Origin: an uncultured Candidatus Saccharibacteria bacterium
Lineage (GTDB): Bacteria > Patescibacteriota > Minisyncoccia > Phycocordibacterales > JBBTRF01
NCBI GenBank assembly: GCA_964602975.1
Contig: CAZRTH010000002.1
Coordinates: 7,668 to 71,667, forward strand
DNA length: 64,000 nt
Direction: 5' to 3'
In this document: positions 51,744 through 61,639 of the stretch, one piece after another
How positions within the stretch are numbered: position 1 is the stretch's first letter
Layout of the letters: the number at the start of each line of letters is the position of its first letter
The notes under the pieces: model-generated
Told to the model about the DNA's origin: nothing
Databases searched by the model: none
The model's input: only the letters and a program-made list of their open reading frames with translations
Made by a program: the position numbers and the translations under genes

Positions 51744-53189
51744 ATGAAGATCGATCTCAAAACACTCACGATCCGCACCGCCCACGAAGCTCTCGTGAAA
51801 GGCAGTTTTTCGGCAGCTGAGCTTGCGCAGGCGTATCTCGATGAAATTTCCGAAAAAAATGCGCGCATCAACGCGTACCTGGAAGTGTTCAGTGATGTTC
51901 TCGAGCAGGCAAAAGCGGCGGACACCCGTATCAAGGAGGGGAAGGCCGGCCTGCTCACTGGCATCCCGATCGCGGTGAAGGATAATATTTTGATCAAAGG
52001 CCGACGAGTCGGCGCTGCTTCGAAGATCCTCGAAGGATACATCGCTCCATACGATGCAACGGCGATCGCATGCTTGAAAAAAGAAGGCGTTGTCTTCATC
52101 GGCCGAACAAATATGGACGAGTTTGCTATGGGAGGTTCGAATGAAAACTCGGCATACGGTCCGGTACACAATCCGCACGACGAATCGCGCGTGCCGGGCG
52201 GCACTTCGGGCGGTTCAGCTGCAGCCGTGGCAATGTTCGGGGCTTTGGCGGCTTTGGGTTCAGACACCGGCGGTTCGGTGCGACAGCCGTCAAGCTTTTG
52301 CGGGGTGGTCGGCTTCAAGCCGACGTACGGAGCGATCTCTCGATATGGTTTGATCGCCCAAGGTTCTTCGCTCGATCAGATCGGCACCATTGCCAAAAAT
52401 GCCGACGACGCGCAGATTCTTTTTGACGCAATAGTTGGCCACGACGAATATGACAGCACCACGCTTCCGGCAGGTACTTTTCCAGCTGACACTTTTGTCG
52501 CCGCCGCTTCCTGCGCTGTGAAAAAGCGCATTGGCATTCCGCGGCATTTTATGAAGCAAGGAATCGATCCAGAAGTACTGGCGAATTTTGAGTTGGCGAT
52601 TGATCGGTACCAGAAACTCGGATACGAGATCGTCGAGGTCACGTTGCCGAATATCGAACATTCTCTCGCGGTCTATTATATTGTGATGTTTGCCGAAGCA
52701 TCATCGAATCTCGCGCGTTTCGACGGCATGAAATATGGCGCGCTCAAGGAAGGAAATGACCTGCTTGCTGATTATCTCCGCACCCGCACCGAAGGTTTTG
52801 GTAAAGAAGTTCGCCGCCGTATCATGATGGGCAACTACATCCTTTCTTCTGGCTACTACGACGCCTATTATGCCAAAGCGAATCTCGTTCGCGACATGAT
52901 CAAGGCTGATTTCGATGAGGCATTCAAAAAAGTCGATTTCATTTTGACTCCTACATCCCCAGTACCGGCTTTCAAAATCGGTGAAAAATCAACCGATCCG
53001 CTCCAGATGTACTTGGCCGATATCTTCACCGTCACGGCCAACTTGGTTGGTGTACCCGCAATATCCATTCCTTCCGGCTTTATTAAAAAGGAAGGCAAGC
53101 AGCTGCCGCTCGGCATCCAGCTCATGGCGCCGCGAAAAGCAGATGCGACACTTTTCCACTCCGCAAAAGATTTCCTTGGCGAGGTTTGA
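51744..53189 (+). CDS. gatA: Asp/Glu-tRNA amidotransferase subunit A
   Basis: KDN, GGTSGGSAAAV, GSDTGGSVRQP, EVRRRIM. Confidence 0.96.
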   Translation: MKIDLKTLTIRTAHEALVKGSFSAAELAQAYLDEISEKNARINAYLEVFSDVLEQAKAADTRIKEGKAGLLTGIPIAVKDNILIKGRRVGAASKILEGYIAPYDATAIACLKKEGVVFIGRTNMDEFAMGGSNENSAYGPVHNPHDESRVPGGTSGGSAAAVAMFGALAALGSDTGGSVRQPSSFCGVVGFKPTYGAISRYGLIAQGSSLDQIGTIAKNADDAQILFDAIVGHDEYDSTTLPAGTFPADTFVAAASCAVKKRIGIPRHFMKQGIDPEVLANFELAIDRYQKLGYEIVEVTLPNIEHSLAVYYIVMFAEASSNLARFDGMKYGALKEGNDLLADYLRTRTEGFGKEVRRRIMMGNYILSSGYYDAYYAKANLVRDMIKADFDEAFKKVDFILTPTSPVPAFKIGEKSTDPLQMYLADIFTVTANLVGVPAISIPSGFIKKEGKQLPLGIQLMAPRKADATLFHSAKDFLGEV

Positions 53190-53204
53190 TACAATGAAAG
53201 GGAT

Positions 53205-53852
53205 ATGAACCCTCTCATGTCCTTTTTACAAGCGTCGGCCGGAGCAGCCGGCCAAGATGTCGTCCCAAAACTGCCAGCTATTTCTTTCGAAGATATTTTC
53301 ATTCGGACCATCAACTTCTTTTTTGATGTTGCCGGTGCCGACTATCAGCACACGATCGATGTCTTGCTCTTTTCGGTGCGATTCTTCTCCATCTTCCTCT
53401 CGCTTCTCTTTATCATCGGTACTATCTATGCTCGTATGCAAGCGGCTCAAATAGAGGTCCGCAGACATCAGCGTACCGCACCAAAGAAGAAAAATCCTGC
53501 AGACAATGTTGCTGCCGCTGATTCCGAGAAACAGCAACATGCTGAGCGTTGGGCCAGGGTGGAGGAACATGTGGGCTCTCCGAACGAATCCGATTGTCGA
53601 TTGGCTGTTCTTGAAGCGGATATCATTTTGGATGACATGCTCAAGGCAATGGGAACGTTTGGCGATACGATCAGCGATCGACTGAAGACGCTCAGCACGC
53701 AGACATTGCCGAGCATACAAAAGGCATGGGAGGCGCACTTGGTGAGGAATCAGATCGCGCACGAGGGCGAGAATTTCAAGCTGTCTCAGCACGAAGCGCG
53801 GCGAGTCATCGGGCTTTTTGAGAGTGTGTTGAAGGAGGGAGGGTTTATTTGA
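53205..53852 (+). CDS. Hypothetical membrane protein of a type common in CPR
   Basis: TM segment; W..V...RLAVLEAD..G.T..RLK..AWEAH.VRN.IAH. Confidence 0.75.
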   Translation: MNPLMSFLQASAGAAGQDVVPKLPAISFEDIFIRTINFFFDVAGADYQHTIDVLLFSVRFFSIFLSLLFIIGTIYARMQAAQIEVRRHQRTAPKKKNPADNVAAADSEKQQHAERWARVEEHVGSPNESDCRLAVLEADIILDDMLKAMGTFGDTISDRLKTLSTQTLPSIQKAWEAHLVRNQIAHEGENFKLSQHEARRVIGLFESVLKEGGFI

Positions 53853-53911
53853 TTTCGCGTCGAGTTCGTGGTACGCTGTTTCTTGTGTCCGGTGAAGGAC
53901 ATGGGTATTAT

Positions 53912-53982
53912 CGCGGGGTAGAGAAGCAGTAACTCGCAAGGCTCATAACCTTGAGGCCCGCGTGCAATTCGCGGCCCCGCAA
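53912..53982 (+). tRNA. Initiator tRNA-fMet(CAU)
   Basis: C1:A72 mismatch CGCGGGG/CCCCGCA; CAAGG-CTCATAA-CCTTG; T-loop TGCAATT. Confidence 0.88.
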
Positions 53983-54099
53983 CAAGGAAAACGAAAAATG
54001 GACGCCGAAAAGGCGTTCATTTTTCGTTTTAGGCGTTTGTTTTTTGACACCTTTTATGATACTTTTTGGTTCTAGCGCTCACATTCGACGCTATGAAAT

Positions 54100-54173
54100 G
54101 CCGGAGTAGCTCAGGTGGTTAGAGCATCTCACTCATAAAGAGAAGGTCACAGGTTCAACTCCTGTCTCCGGCA
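54100..54173 (+). tRNA. tRNA-Met(CAU), probably elongator
   Basis: GCCGGAG/CTCCGGC-A; CTCATAA loop. Confidence 0.88.
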
Positions 54174-54360
54174 CAAACATTTTTACGCATTACAACACGC
54201 AAATTTTAGGCCCAAACGGGGCCGTTTTTTGGCTACCAGCCACGCAAGCCGTTGCACATTTTCAGCGCAGGTATACACTTATCAACTAGGAAAAACGAAG
54301 CCACTGTGGCCCGTTTTGCTCCCTGATAGTCCAGTCGGTCAGTTTCCCGGAGGAACCCAT

Positions 54361-55002
54361 ATGAAGAAACTGTTCGTAGCGGTCATCGGGCTGGCGGCAT
54401 TTTGCCTCGCCAGCGTTCAGTGCACAGCGGATGAGAAAGCGGCAGGCGCGGCGGGTGTGCCGATGTATGCCAAACTCAAGCCTAACGTTGTTCCGATTCC
54501 AGTCGGACCGCTTGATCAGCCGGCAAAGGCTGTGCAGAAGCCGGATCAACCGGCAGCCAGACAGGCAAAGCCAACCGCCTATCCTGTGAAGCTCGCTCTC
54601 GGTCAGCCGCCTCTGCCTCGCGGAGCAGCCGCATCGCAATTGCCGACGAAAGAAATTCGGTTCGGACTAAAGCCTTCGGTGTTCGACTTGGCCAGTGAGC
54701 AGTTCACCGATGTCATCACGGTCTTCGGCGAGCGAGTTGTGCCGCCTCCGGAAAGGAGCGGACTGGAGCATGTCGCCTCGCCCTCAGCGAAATACGCCAG
54801 CGATGAATACCAGTGGACATTCTGGCAGCAAAAGAACGCCACAGGCAAGCCGTTGTTTGGCACCGACTTCGTCTTCCGCTACCGCTACCCGACCGAGGGT
54901 GCGGCACCGCGGGATTTCCGTGGCGGGGAAGTGATCGTTGGGTTCGCCATCAATGTCCCGCTCAGCACCTTCCGCCCTGTCGGACTGCTGTTTACGCGAT
55001 GA
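54361..55002 (+). CDS. Secreted hypothetical protein
   Basis: SD GGAGG; signal peptide MKKLFVAVIG; Pro-rich linker. Confidence 0.65.
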   Translation: MKKLFVAVIGLAAFCLASVQCTADEKAAGAAGVPMYAKLKPNVVPIPVGPLDQPAKAVQKPDQPAARQAKPTAYPVKLALGQPPLPRGAAASQLPTKEIRFGLKPSVFDLASEQFTDVITVFGERVVPPPERSGLEHVASPSAKYASDEYQWTFWQQKNATGKPLFGTDFVFRYRYPTEGAAPRDFRGGEVIVGFAINVPLSTFRPVGLLFTR

Positions 55003-55134
55003 GAGCAAAAGGCCTCATTTTGATCACTATTCGAGAGAGCGGCGCCGTGGTGCCGCTCTTTTCTTATTCATCCAAATATGTATAATGGGCCGTATCCTTC
55101 GGTCGTTCCTGTTCAATAGATATGTGGGATGTAT

Positions 55135-55208
55135 GCGGCCATAGCTTAGCTGGATAAAGCGCCTCCCTGTCACGGAGGAGACCGCCGGTTCGAGTCCGGT
55201 TGGCCGCG
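55135..55208 (+). tRNA. tRNA-Asp(GUC)
   Basis: GCGGCCA/TGGCCGC-G; CCTCC-CTGTCAC-GGAGG. Confidence 0.93.
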
Positions 55209-55243
55209 CTAGTTAGATTAGTAAGGATAGTATAATTGGATCT

Positions 55244-56116
55244 ATGTTAGAAGAAGCAAGAAGTCCAGAAGCATTAAAAAGCACAGTTGTTCTGGATGAG
55301 ACAGGGCAGCATTGGGAGATGCAACTTAGTGAAATGCTAGAAAAATGTACTAATATTATTGCTTTGCGTGGAGCGGGTTCGTTCAACGGTATTTCTAAAA
55401 AAGATTCAGAAAGAATTTTGGAAACAGAACTAATTCCAAGAGTGCAAAAGTATTTAGACGCTGATGGTAAAGTTGCTGTTATTTACGACGGTGACGACGA
55501 TGATCCAAATTATCCAGATATCGGGCATATTATGGGAGGACTCAGAGACCATTTTCTTGATAAAGTAGATTTTTTCGCTGTGCAGACGATTAGTTGGTAT
55601 AGATATGGTGGAGAGTTGCCAAAAATGCGTCCGCTACATTCTGTCAATGGAAATGAATATGCCACCACTCTTTTTCCAGATAAAAAGTTTGAAGGAGATC
55701 ATGACCACTTCTCTCAGAATCGACGACTCGCCCAGTCTCCAAAATACGAACAATGGTATGTGGGAGCTTGCGGTCAAATAGCTATTAAACAACTTGCTGA
55801 CTATAGTGCTAAAGCCGGAGATACAGCCCTACAACATAGAGTTTCAATCTTCAGGAGCCCAATTTCGATAGAACAAGAACAAAAAATCCTTGAAAGCATA
55901 CAAGAAAGCCAAAAAACTTTACGAGAGCTTGAGATGTGTGCGGCAAGAGGCGACTCCATTGATGAATCACGCGTTCGGGAAATAACCCAGAAGACAAATC
56001 GTCTCAGTGAATCATTGAAGCGCAGAGCTGCTAGTCCGTACGGATTACTTTGTGATGAAAAGGGGGAATTTGTTAAAAAACCCGAGTATGGTAATTTAAT
56101 GATCGAGGTTGTGTAA
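55244..56116 (+). CDS. AT-rich hypothetical protein
   Basis: 290-aa ORF just after tRNA-Asp; IIALRGAGS, IYDGD. Confidence 0.7.
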   Translation: MLEEARSPEALKSTVVLDETGQHWEMQLSEMLEKCTNIIALRGAGSFNGISKKDSERILETELIPRVQKYLDADGKVAVIYDGDDDDPNYPDIGHIMGGLRDHFLDKVDFFAVQTISWYRYGGELPKMRPLHSVNGNEYATTLFPDKKFEGDHDHFSQNRRLAQSPKYEQWYVGACGQIAIKQLADYSAKAGDTALQHRVSIFRSPISIEQEQKILESIQESQKTLRELEMCAARGDSIDESRVREITQKTNRLSESLKRRAASPYGLLCDEKGEFVKKPEYGNLMIEVV

Positions 56117-56151
56117 AAGTTTGTTTTTGCCCACCCTATTTAAAGCTTCAC

Positions 56152-56964
56152 ATGTCTCAACATCAGGATTTTTGGAACAAGGAATATAAAAGCCCGAAAC
56201 ATCTGGCCCTTTCGGAGCAGCCGGCCGAAGATCTGGAGAAGTTCTCTCGTTGGCTTGCCCGAGCTTGGGAAAAGGAGCCACAGGCTATTCTCGGTATCGA
56301 CGCGAATTCTTTTGTGGTGGACATGGGCTGCGGCAACGGCCGTAATTTGGCATATTTGGCGAAGACTTTTGGTTGCAGGGGCATCGGTTTTGATGTTTCC
56401 GGCGAAGCGATCCGCCAAGCCAGAATGGTGGCCGAGAAAGTGGATGCTGAAATAGCGGAAGAAGAAGGTGGGGAGGGCGGGAAACGAAACGACAAACGAG
56501 GCGAAAAAAGCGGCGACAAGAAGCACTCGGACAAAGTGAGTTCGCTTCTCACATTTGAGGCACGTTCGATCGAGGGGACATTTCCAGAGATCGCAGATGA
56601 GTCGGTCGATTTGGTGCTCGATATGATGTCGTCACATTTTTTAAATGAAAAGCAGCGAATCGTGTTTCGCGACGAGGTGGCGCGCATTCTAAAGCCAGGC
56701 GGATGGCTCTTTTTCAAAACATTCTGCGCCGATGGGGATCTGCACACGAAACGTCTTCTGCGTGACAACCCTTCCGAGGAGGCCGGCTCGTATATTCATC
56801 CAAAATTTGGCATGGCTGAACATGTGTGGACCGAAGAGGAGATCGAAGGGTTTTTTGGCGAGCAATTTGAGGTGAAGAAAGCGGAAAAATCGCATCGACA
56901 CATTTTGAACGGCCGAGCATTTAAGCGTCGTACGATCACGGCGTATTTGGAGAGGAAGTGGTAG
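56152..56964 (+). CDS. Class I SAM-dependent methyltransferase
   Basis: VVDMGCGNGRN, GFDVS, ILKPGG. Confidence 0.9.
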   Translation: MSQHQDFWNKEYKSPKHLALSEQPAEDLEKFSRWLARAWEKEPQAILGIDANSFVVDMGCGNGRNLAYLAKTFGCRGIGFDVSGEAIRQARMVAEKVDAEIAEEEGGEGGKRNDKRGEKSGDKKHSDKVSSLLTFEARSIEGTFPEIADESVDLVLDMMSSHFLNEKQRIVFRDEVARILKPGGWLFFKTFCADGDLHTKRLLRDNPSEEAGSYIHPKFGMAEHVWTEEEIEGFFGEQFEVKKAEKSHRHILNGRAFKRRTITAYLERKW

Positions 56965-57049
56965 CGTCGTCGAATTGATTGAAAAAAAGCGGTAAATATA
57001 CTATCCTTACAAAGCTATCTTGAATACCAAGCCAAGTAGCCAGTAATTT

Positions 57050-57319
57050 GCCGTTGTAGCTCAGTTGGTAGAGCACGTCATTGGTGGGTCGTAACCCCTG
57101 CCCACGATGGAAGCAATTTCGTCGCGAATCCCGAATAACGGTTAATATCCAAATATTGGACAAGACCGTGGCGCCGAAAGTTTCGACGCCCGAACGACTG
57201 ACAAGGGTCTCCTGTCGCTGCACGGTTTGCAGATTGGGGAGAAAGATACAGTCTAGTCCTCTCGCAAGATGAGGTGTAAACGAATGACGAGGTCATCAGT
57301 TCAATCCTGATCAACGGCT
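57050..57319 (+). tRNA. tRNA-Thr(GGU) split by a group I intron; exons 57050-57085 and 57283-57319
   Basis: Acceptor GCCGTTG/CAACGGC; spliced arm CGTCA-TTGGT|AA-TGACG; exons total 73 nt. Confidence 0.92.
57086..57282 (+). ncRNA. Group I self-splicing intron, 197 nt, at tRNA position 36/37
   Basis: 5' exon ends in U and intron ends in G; P7 GACTG/CAGTC; J8/7 AAGATA; P1 GGU/GCC. Confidence 0.88.
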
Positions 57320-57415
57320 CTTTTTTCAGCACTTAGGTCAAATAATAGAAATAAAAAAACCGAGCAGCCATTGTTGACTGCCGGTTCGTGATTCTCATTA
57401 CCGCTGTTCGAGGCC

Positions 57416-58300
57416 TCAGCGATTTTCCATGATGCCGAGCCGCTTGAGATAGCGGGCGTCGCGCTCGACGCATTCGTGCCCCGGGGTCTGTGTGGAGCAG
57501 AGGTCTTCGAGACCGAATGCCCGGATCATGCCGAGGTCGAAGGTTTCGACGCCAAGCACGCAATCTTGCGGGAGCAGATCCAATTCGAGGGAGTAGTCAT
57601 GGAAATTGATTCCGTGATCAACGTCCAGGGGTTCCCGCTTCAGATTTGCGAGCTCGAAGTAGCCGACTGCGTGGCGCATCTTCCTGAAATCCGCAATCGT
57701 CAAGCCACGCATCTTTGCGTGCCCGGTGTCCCAGTGCAGCTTGATTCGGCCGAGGTCGAAACTGGTGATGATGTCGAAGATGTGATGGAAAGGGTTCGGC
57801 GTTCCTTCTTCGGCACCGTTGAGCGCTTCAAGACAGCCTTCGAAGCCCGTGTCCTGCATCAGTCTGTTCAGGCGGCAGAGCCAAGCAGCCTGGGGGATGG
57901 CGAGCCGCTTTTCTTGCCAATCAGGTCGATCGAGACGATGGATGGCCTGGAAAGGGCCCACCACTTTTCTCGGTCCGGTGACCGCATTGGCCAAGGCGAA
58001 AGCGAACTTCATCTGTTCGCGGATCACCTCCAGAGCAGCGCCCATAGCGCCTTTCAGGGGGTCGGGGCTACCGCCACCGAGGAAGCAGCACACCATGCCA
58101 AGCATCTGCTTTTCAACGAAGATGTCCGTGACGATCTCCGGAGTGAGGCTCGGCTGGAAGACCGCGGGCACGATGACCATGCCACTGTGGCCTTGGGCCT
58201 TGCAGTGGTCGAGGCTCGCGCGCAGGAGGTCGGCGTTGAAGCTATGGCCGTAGGCGAGGCAGTGACCCATGACTGGGGCGGGGAGGGTTAGCGTTTTCAT
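57416..58300 (-). CDS. Sugar phosphate isomerase/epimerase (D-tagatose/psicose 3-epimerase-like TIM barrel)
   Basis: LEALN..E, HWDTGH, R, VETF metal-site pattern. Confidence 0.7.
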   Translation of the reverse strand: MKTLTLPAPVMGHCLAYGHSFNADLLRASLDHCKAQGHSGMVIVPAVFQPSLTPEIVTDIFVEKQMLGMVCCFLGGGSPDPLKGAMGAALEVIREQMKFAFALANAVTGPRKVVGPFQAIHRLDRPDWQEKRLAIPQAAWLCRLNRLMQDTGFEGCLEALNGAEEGTPNPFHHIFDIITSFDLGRIKLHWDTGHAKMRGLTIADFRKMRHAVGYFELANLKREPLDVDHGINFHDYSLELDLLPQDCVLGVETFDLGMIRAFGLEDLCSTQTPGHECVERDARYLKRLGIMENR

Positions 58301-58485
58301 GCGAGAAGAAACGATTCCAACTGTTTGTTAAGGATGCGACTCACTATCAGGGTTTTTTCTTTCCTGATACGAGCTTTTGACTGGGGTGGATAGTAAATTA
58401 AAAATAGAGGCTTGTCAATCAGACCTTGGCAGTACGTTGTTTCATTGCTTCATTTTTGTTACCATTTCGAAGCTAGTGTTTTCAA

Positions 58486-58561
58486 GCCAAAGTAGCTCAG
58501 TTGGTAGAGCACCACTTTCGTAAAGTGGGGGTCCCCGGTTCGATCCCGGGCTTTGGCTCCA
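58486..58561 (+). tRNA. tRNA-Thr(CGU)
   Basis: GCCAAAG/CTTTGGC-TCCA; CCACT-TTCGTAA-AGTGG. Confidence 0.94.
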
Positions 58562-58616
58562 TCGCATTTCCCGACCATTTGTTGCATTTCGCTCCGCACC
58601 GTACTATAGTGTTTCC

Positions 58617-58985
58617 GGCTGGTCAGTGTAGTGCAGAAAGACACGGGGCGTTCTTGGCTCCTCCGTCTCGGGCGCGATCGCTAATTTCATAGTTCGCGTG
58701 AGAGACAAGTTCACCATGTTGCGAGCCGCTCGCAAAAGCGAGTGCAGGCGACTGTCCTCAAAGGGTGGGAACATTCCGCACCTTGCGGTCGGCCGATCTG
58801 CGGCGTGCCTTCTCGCTTGCAGTCAATACCCCTCCGGCCACTGTTCCTGTTCCGCCTGCCGCCCCGTGTCGCCTTTTCGCCGTCCTTTGCAGGGCTGTTT
58901 GCCTCCGAGTCGTTCCTCCGGAAAGTTCGTCCATTCCGGTAGGAGACGGAGCGCCAGCAGCTTTCATTGGGCGGCGTTTTCTTTT
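58617..58985 (+). ncRNA. Putative structured ncRNA of unknown family
   Basis: Promoter TTGCAT-17-TATAGT; long-range helices 58640-50/58860-70, 58661-69/58943-51 and 58744-50/58853-59; no credible ORF. Confidence 0.5.
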
Positions 58986-59031
58986 GCATTATCTTTTGTA
59001 CAAAGGGACCGGAATCGGTATACTGTGACGC

Positions 59032-59958
59032 ATGGACGCTCAGGATCAAAAGGCCCAAAAATCTAAAGCCGAGGCACGTATCGCCGAGATCGAAGCGGCG
59101 ATGCTCGAGGCCGATTTTTGGGCTGACAAAACAAAAGCTCAAGCGCTAATGAAGGAGCTCGGCGAACTGAAAGAGGAGCTAAAAAGCGGTGGTCCTGGGG
59201 GCAAATCCAACCAAGGCAATGCGATCATCACTATTTTCTCTGGGGCCGGTGGAGACGATGCCGAAGATTTTTCCGCCATGCTCTTCCGAATGTATCGAAA
59301 GTATGTTGAAGCGAACGGTTGGTCGCTAAGCGTGCTCGATGACAACGAAAACAGTCATGGTGGCTACCGAAACATCACTTTTGAGATAACAGGCAAGCCG
59401 ATCGCTGGCAGTGGTCCGTATGGGATGCTTAAAAATGAGTCGGGAGTGCATCGTTTGGTGCGATTATCACCGTTCAATTCGAAGCAGTTGCGGCAAACCT
59501 CTTTTTCAATGGTGGAGGCAGTGCCGAAATTTGAGAAGTCCGCCGGCGCGGGTGTCGATATTCCGGAGAGCGACTTGGAGATCACCACCGCCCGGGCCGG
59601 AGGCCCGGGCGGGCAGAATGTGAACCGCCGTGAAACGGCGGTTCGTATCGTCCACAAGCCGACAGGACTCTCGGTCAATGTATCGAGCGAACGTTCGCAG
59701 CACCAAAATCGCGAAAAAGGATTGGAAATTCTCAAAGGAAAACTATACAAGCGCACGGAGGAAGAGCGCAAAGCAAAGGAGCGTGGAATGGCGATCTCCA
59801 AGACCACCAGCATCGAATGGGGGAATCAGATCCGCTCATATGTGTTGCATCCGTACAAAATGGTGAAGGATCATCGTACCGATATCGAGTCGAGCAACCC
59901 CGATGCGGTGCTCGAAGGCGGTCTGGAAAAATTCATCGAAGCGGAGCGTTTGTTGTAG
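59032..59958 (+). CDS. prfB: Peptide chain release factor 2 (short form, no programmed frameshift)
   Basis: SPF stop-recognition motif, [16 protein letters not shown]. Confidence 0.93.
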   Translation: MDAQDQKAQKSKAEARIAEIEAAMLEADFWADKTKAQALMKELGELKEELKSGGPGGKSNQGNAIITIFSGAGGDDAEDFSAMLFRMYRKYVEANGWSLSVLDDNENSHGGYRNITFEITGKPIAGSGPYGMLKNESGVHRLVRLSPFNSKQLRQTSFSMVEAVPKFEKSAGAGVDIPESDLEITTARAGGPGGQNVNRRETAVRIVHKPTGLSVNVSSERSQHQNREKGLEILKGKLYKRTEEERKAKERGMAISKTTSIEWGNQIRSYVLHPYKMVKDHRTDIESSNPDAVLEGGLEKFIEAERLL

Positions 59959-59999
59959 AGTTGTCGTAAGCGATTTGAAAAATGATACAATAGGGGGAC

Positions 60000-60680
60000 A
60001 TGATCCATTTCGATAAGGTGTCAAAGAGATATGCTGACCAGACTAATGCTCTTGCCGAGGTCTCTTTCTCGATCCAGCCAAAAGAGTTTGTTTCTATCGT
60101 CGGTCATTCCGGAGCGGGCAAAACCACCTTGCTCAAGATGATCCTTGCCGAAGAGCGCCCTACGGAAGGGAGAGTCTTTTATGAATCAGTCGATATCCAT
60201 CGGCTAAACCGCAAACAACTCACCAAGTTCCGTCAAAAGATCGGCGCCGTCTTCCAGGACTTCCGTCTTTTGCCGCAGAAGACCGCTTACGAGAATATCG
60301 CTTTTGCCATGGAGGTGGCGGGGCGGACCGATCACGAGATTGCCGCAGATGTGCCACATGTGCTCGACCTTGTCGACCTTTCCGACAAAATGCACAACTT
60401 TCCTCACGAGCTCTCTGGCGGCGAAAAGCAGCGGGTGGCGATTGCCCGAGCGATCGTGAACAATCCGGACATCATCATCGCCGACGAACCGACCGGAAAC
60501 CTCGACCCTATCAACACCTATGAGATCGTCCAGATCCTGAAAAAGATCAACGATTTGGGTACCACGGTCATTTTGACCACTCACAACAAGGGCGTGGTCG
60601 ACTCGGTCGGCAAGCGCGTCATTACTATGGAGAAGGGTAAGGTAGTGCGAGATGACAAATCGGGAAAGTATATTTTGTAA
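60000..60680 (+). CDS. ftsE: Cell division ATP-binding protein FtsE
   Basis: [33 protein letters not shown]. Confidence 0.93.
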   Translation: MIHFDKVSKRYADQTNALAEVSFSIQPKEFVSIVGHSGAGKTTLLKMILAEERPTEGRVFYESVDIHRLNRKQLTKFRQKIGAVFQDFRLLPQKTAYENIAFAMEVAGRTDHEIAADVPHVLDLVDLSDKMHNFPHELSGGEKQRVAIARAIVNNPDIIIADEPTGNLDPINTYEIVQILKKINDLGTTVILTTHNKGVVDSVGKRVITMEKGKVVRDDKSGKYIL

Positions 60681-60692
60681 TATAATACAGCC

Positions 60693-61616
60693 ATGCTTTG
60701 GACGAATATAAAACGAGTGGTAAAGGCGGGATCGATCTATTTTTGGCGCAATGCCTTCGTGTCGCTTTCTTCGGTGTTGGTGATGGTGATCACCCTCTCT
60801 TTCCTGACTGGTCTTATCTTCGGCAACGCGGCCTTGCAGGCGACCCTCGCTTCACTCAAAGAAAAGGTAGACATGAACGTGTATTTCGTGCCTACTGCCG
60901 ACCCTGAAGATATTTTGGCTCTGAAGAAGATACTGGAGCAGCGGCCGGAAGTGGTGTCGGTCACCTATACCTCCCGCGAAGATGCTCTTGAGGCGTTGAA
61001 AGCGCGCCATCCGGACGACGGTACCGTCGCGGCGATCAATGAACTTGGCGACAATCCTCTAGGTGCCGTGCTGAATATCCAGACCAAAGATCCTTCGCAT
61101 TACGAAGCTTTGGCCCGCTTTCTGAATACCGACAATGCCGTATCGCCGAACGGCACCTCGATCGTTCGTAAGGTGAATTTCTATGACCACGAGACCGCGA
61201 TCAACGCGCTCTCTCGTGTCATCTCTGCTACCAATCGCCTCGGGCTCATTTTGTCGATCGTCTTCGTGCTCATTTCTCTGATCATCGCTTTCAATACGAT
61301 CCGCCTCACTATCTACAATTCCCGCGAGGAGATTTCGGTGATGAAATTGGTGGGCGCGACCAACAAATATGTCCGCGGGCCGTTCATGGTGAGCGGCGTG
61401 ATGTGTGGCGTAGTGGCAGCAGTATTCACTCTGGCGATCTTTTTCTTCTTGGTGTACTACACACGTAATTTCTCCGAGAACTTTTTCATCGGCATTGATT
61501 TCCTCGCGTATTATGTTGACAACTTTGCTCAAATCTTTGGCATTGTGGTGGGATCCGCTGTGCTCATCGGCGCAGTTTCCAGCTTTCTTGCGGTGCGCAG
61601 GTACCTCAAGGTATGA
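60693..61616 (+). CDS. ftsX: Cell division permease FtsX
   Basis: NPL, NTIRL..EI.VMKLVGA..PF; four TM segments. Confidence 0.92.
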   Translation: MLWTNIKRVVKAGSIYFWRNAFVSLSSVLVMVITLSFLTGLIFGNAALQATLASLKEKVDMNVYFVPTADPEDILALKKILEQRPEVVSVTYTSREDALEALKARHPDDGTVAAINELGDNPLGAVLNIQTKDPSHYEALARFLNTDNAVSPNGTSIVRKVNFYDHETAINALSRVISATNRLGLILSIVFVLISLIIAFNTIRLTIYNSREEISVMKLVGATNKYVRGPFMVSGVMCGVVAAVFTLAIFFFLVYYTRNFSENFFIGIDFLAYYVDNFAQIFGIVVGSAVLIGAVSSFLAVRRYLKV

Positions 61617-61639
61617 TGAAGGAACGATAAAGAAAACAT

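Noticed and set aside
58617-58985. RNase P RNA, SRP RNA or a DGR template repeat
   Set aside because: No GAGGAAAGUCC or ACAnAAnnnGGCUUA on either strand and no SRP domain IV motif. The minus-strand TRGGRRNRN only loosely recalls a C-lectin repeat, and the window has no reverse transcriptase or matching variable repeat.
58990-59060. prfB +1 programmed frameshift
   Set aside because: No CTT-TGA site or upstream ORF; the gene starts at an ATG just after a -10 box.
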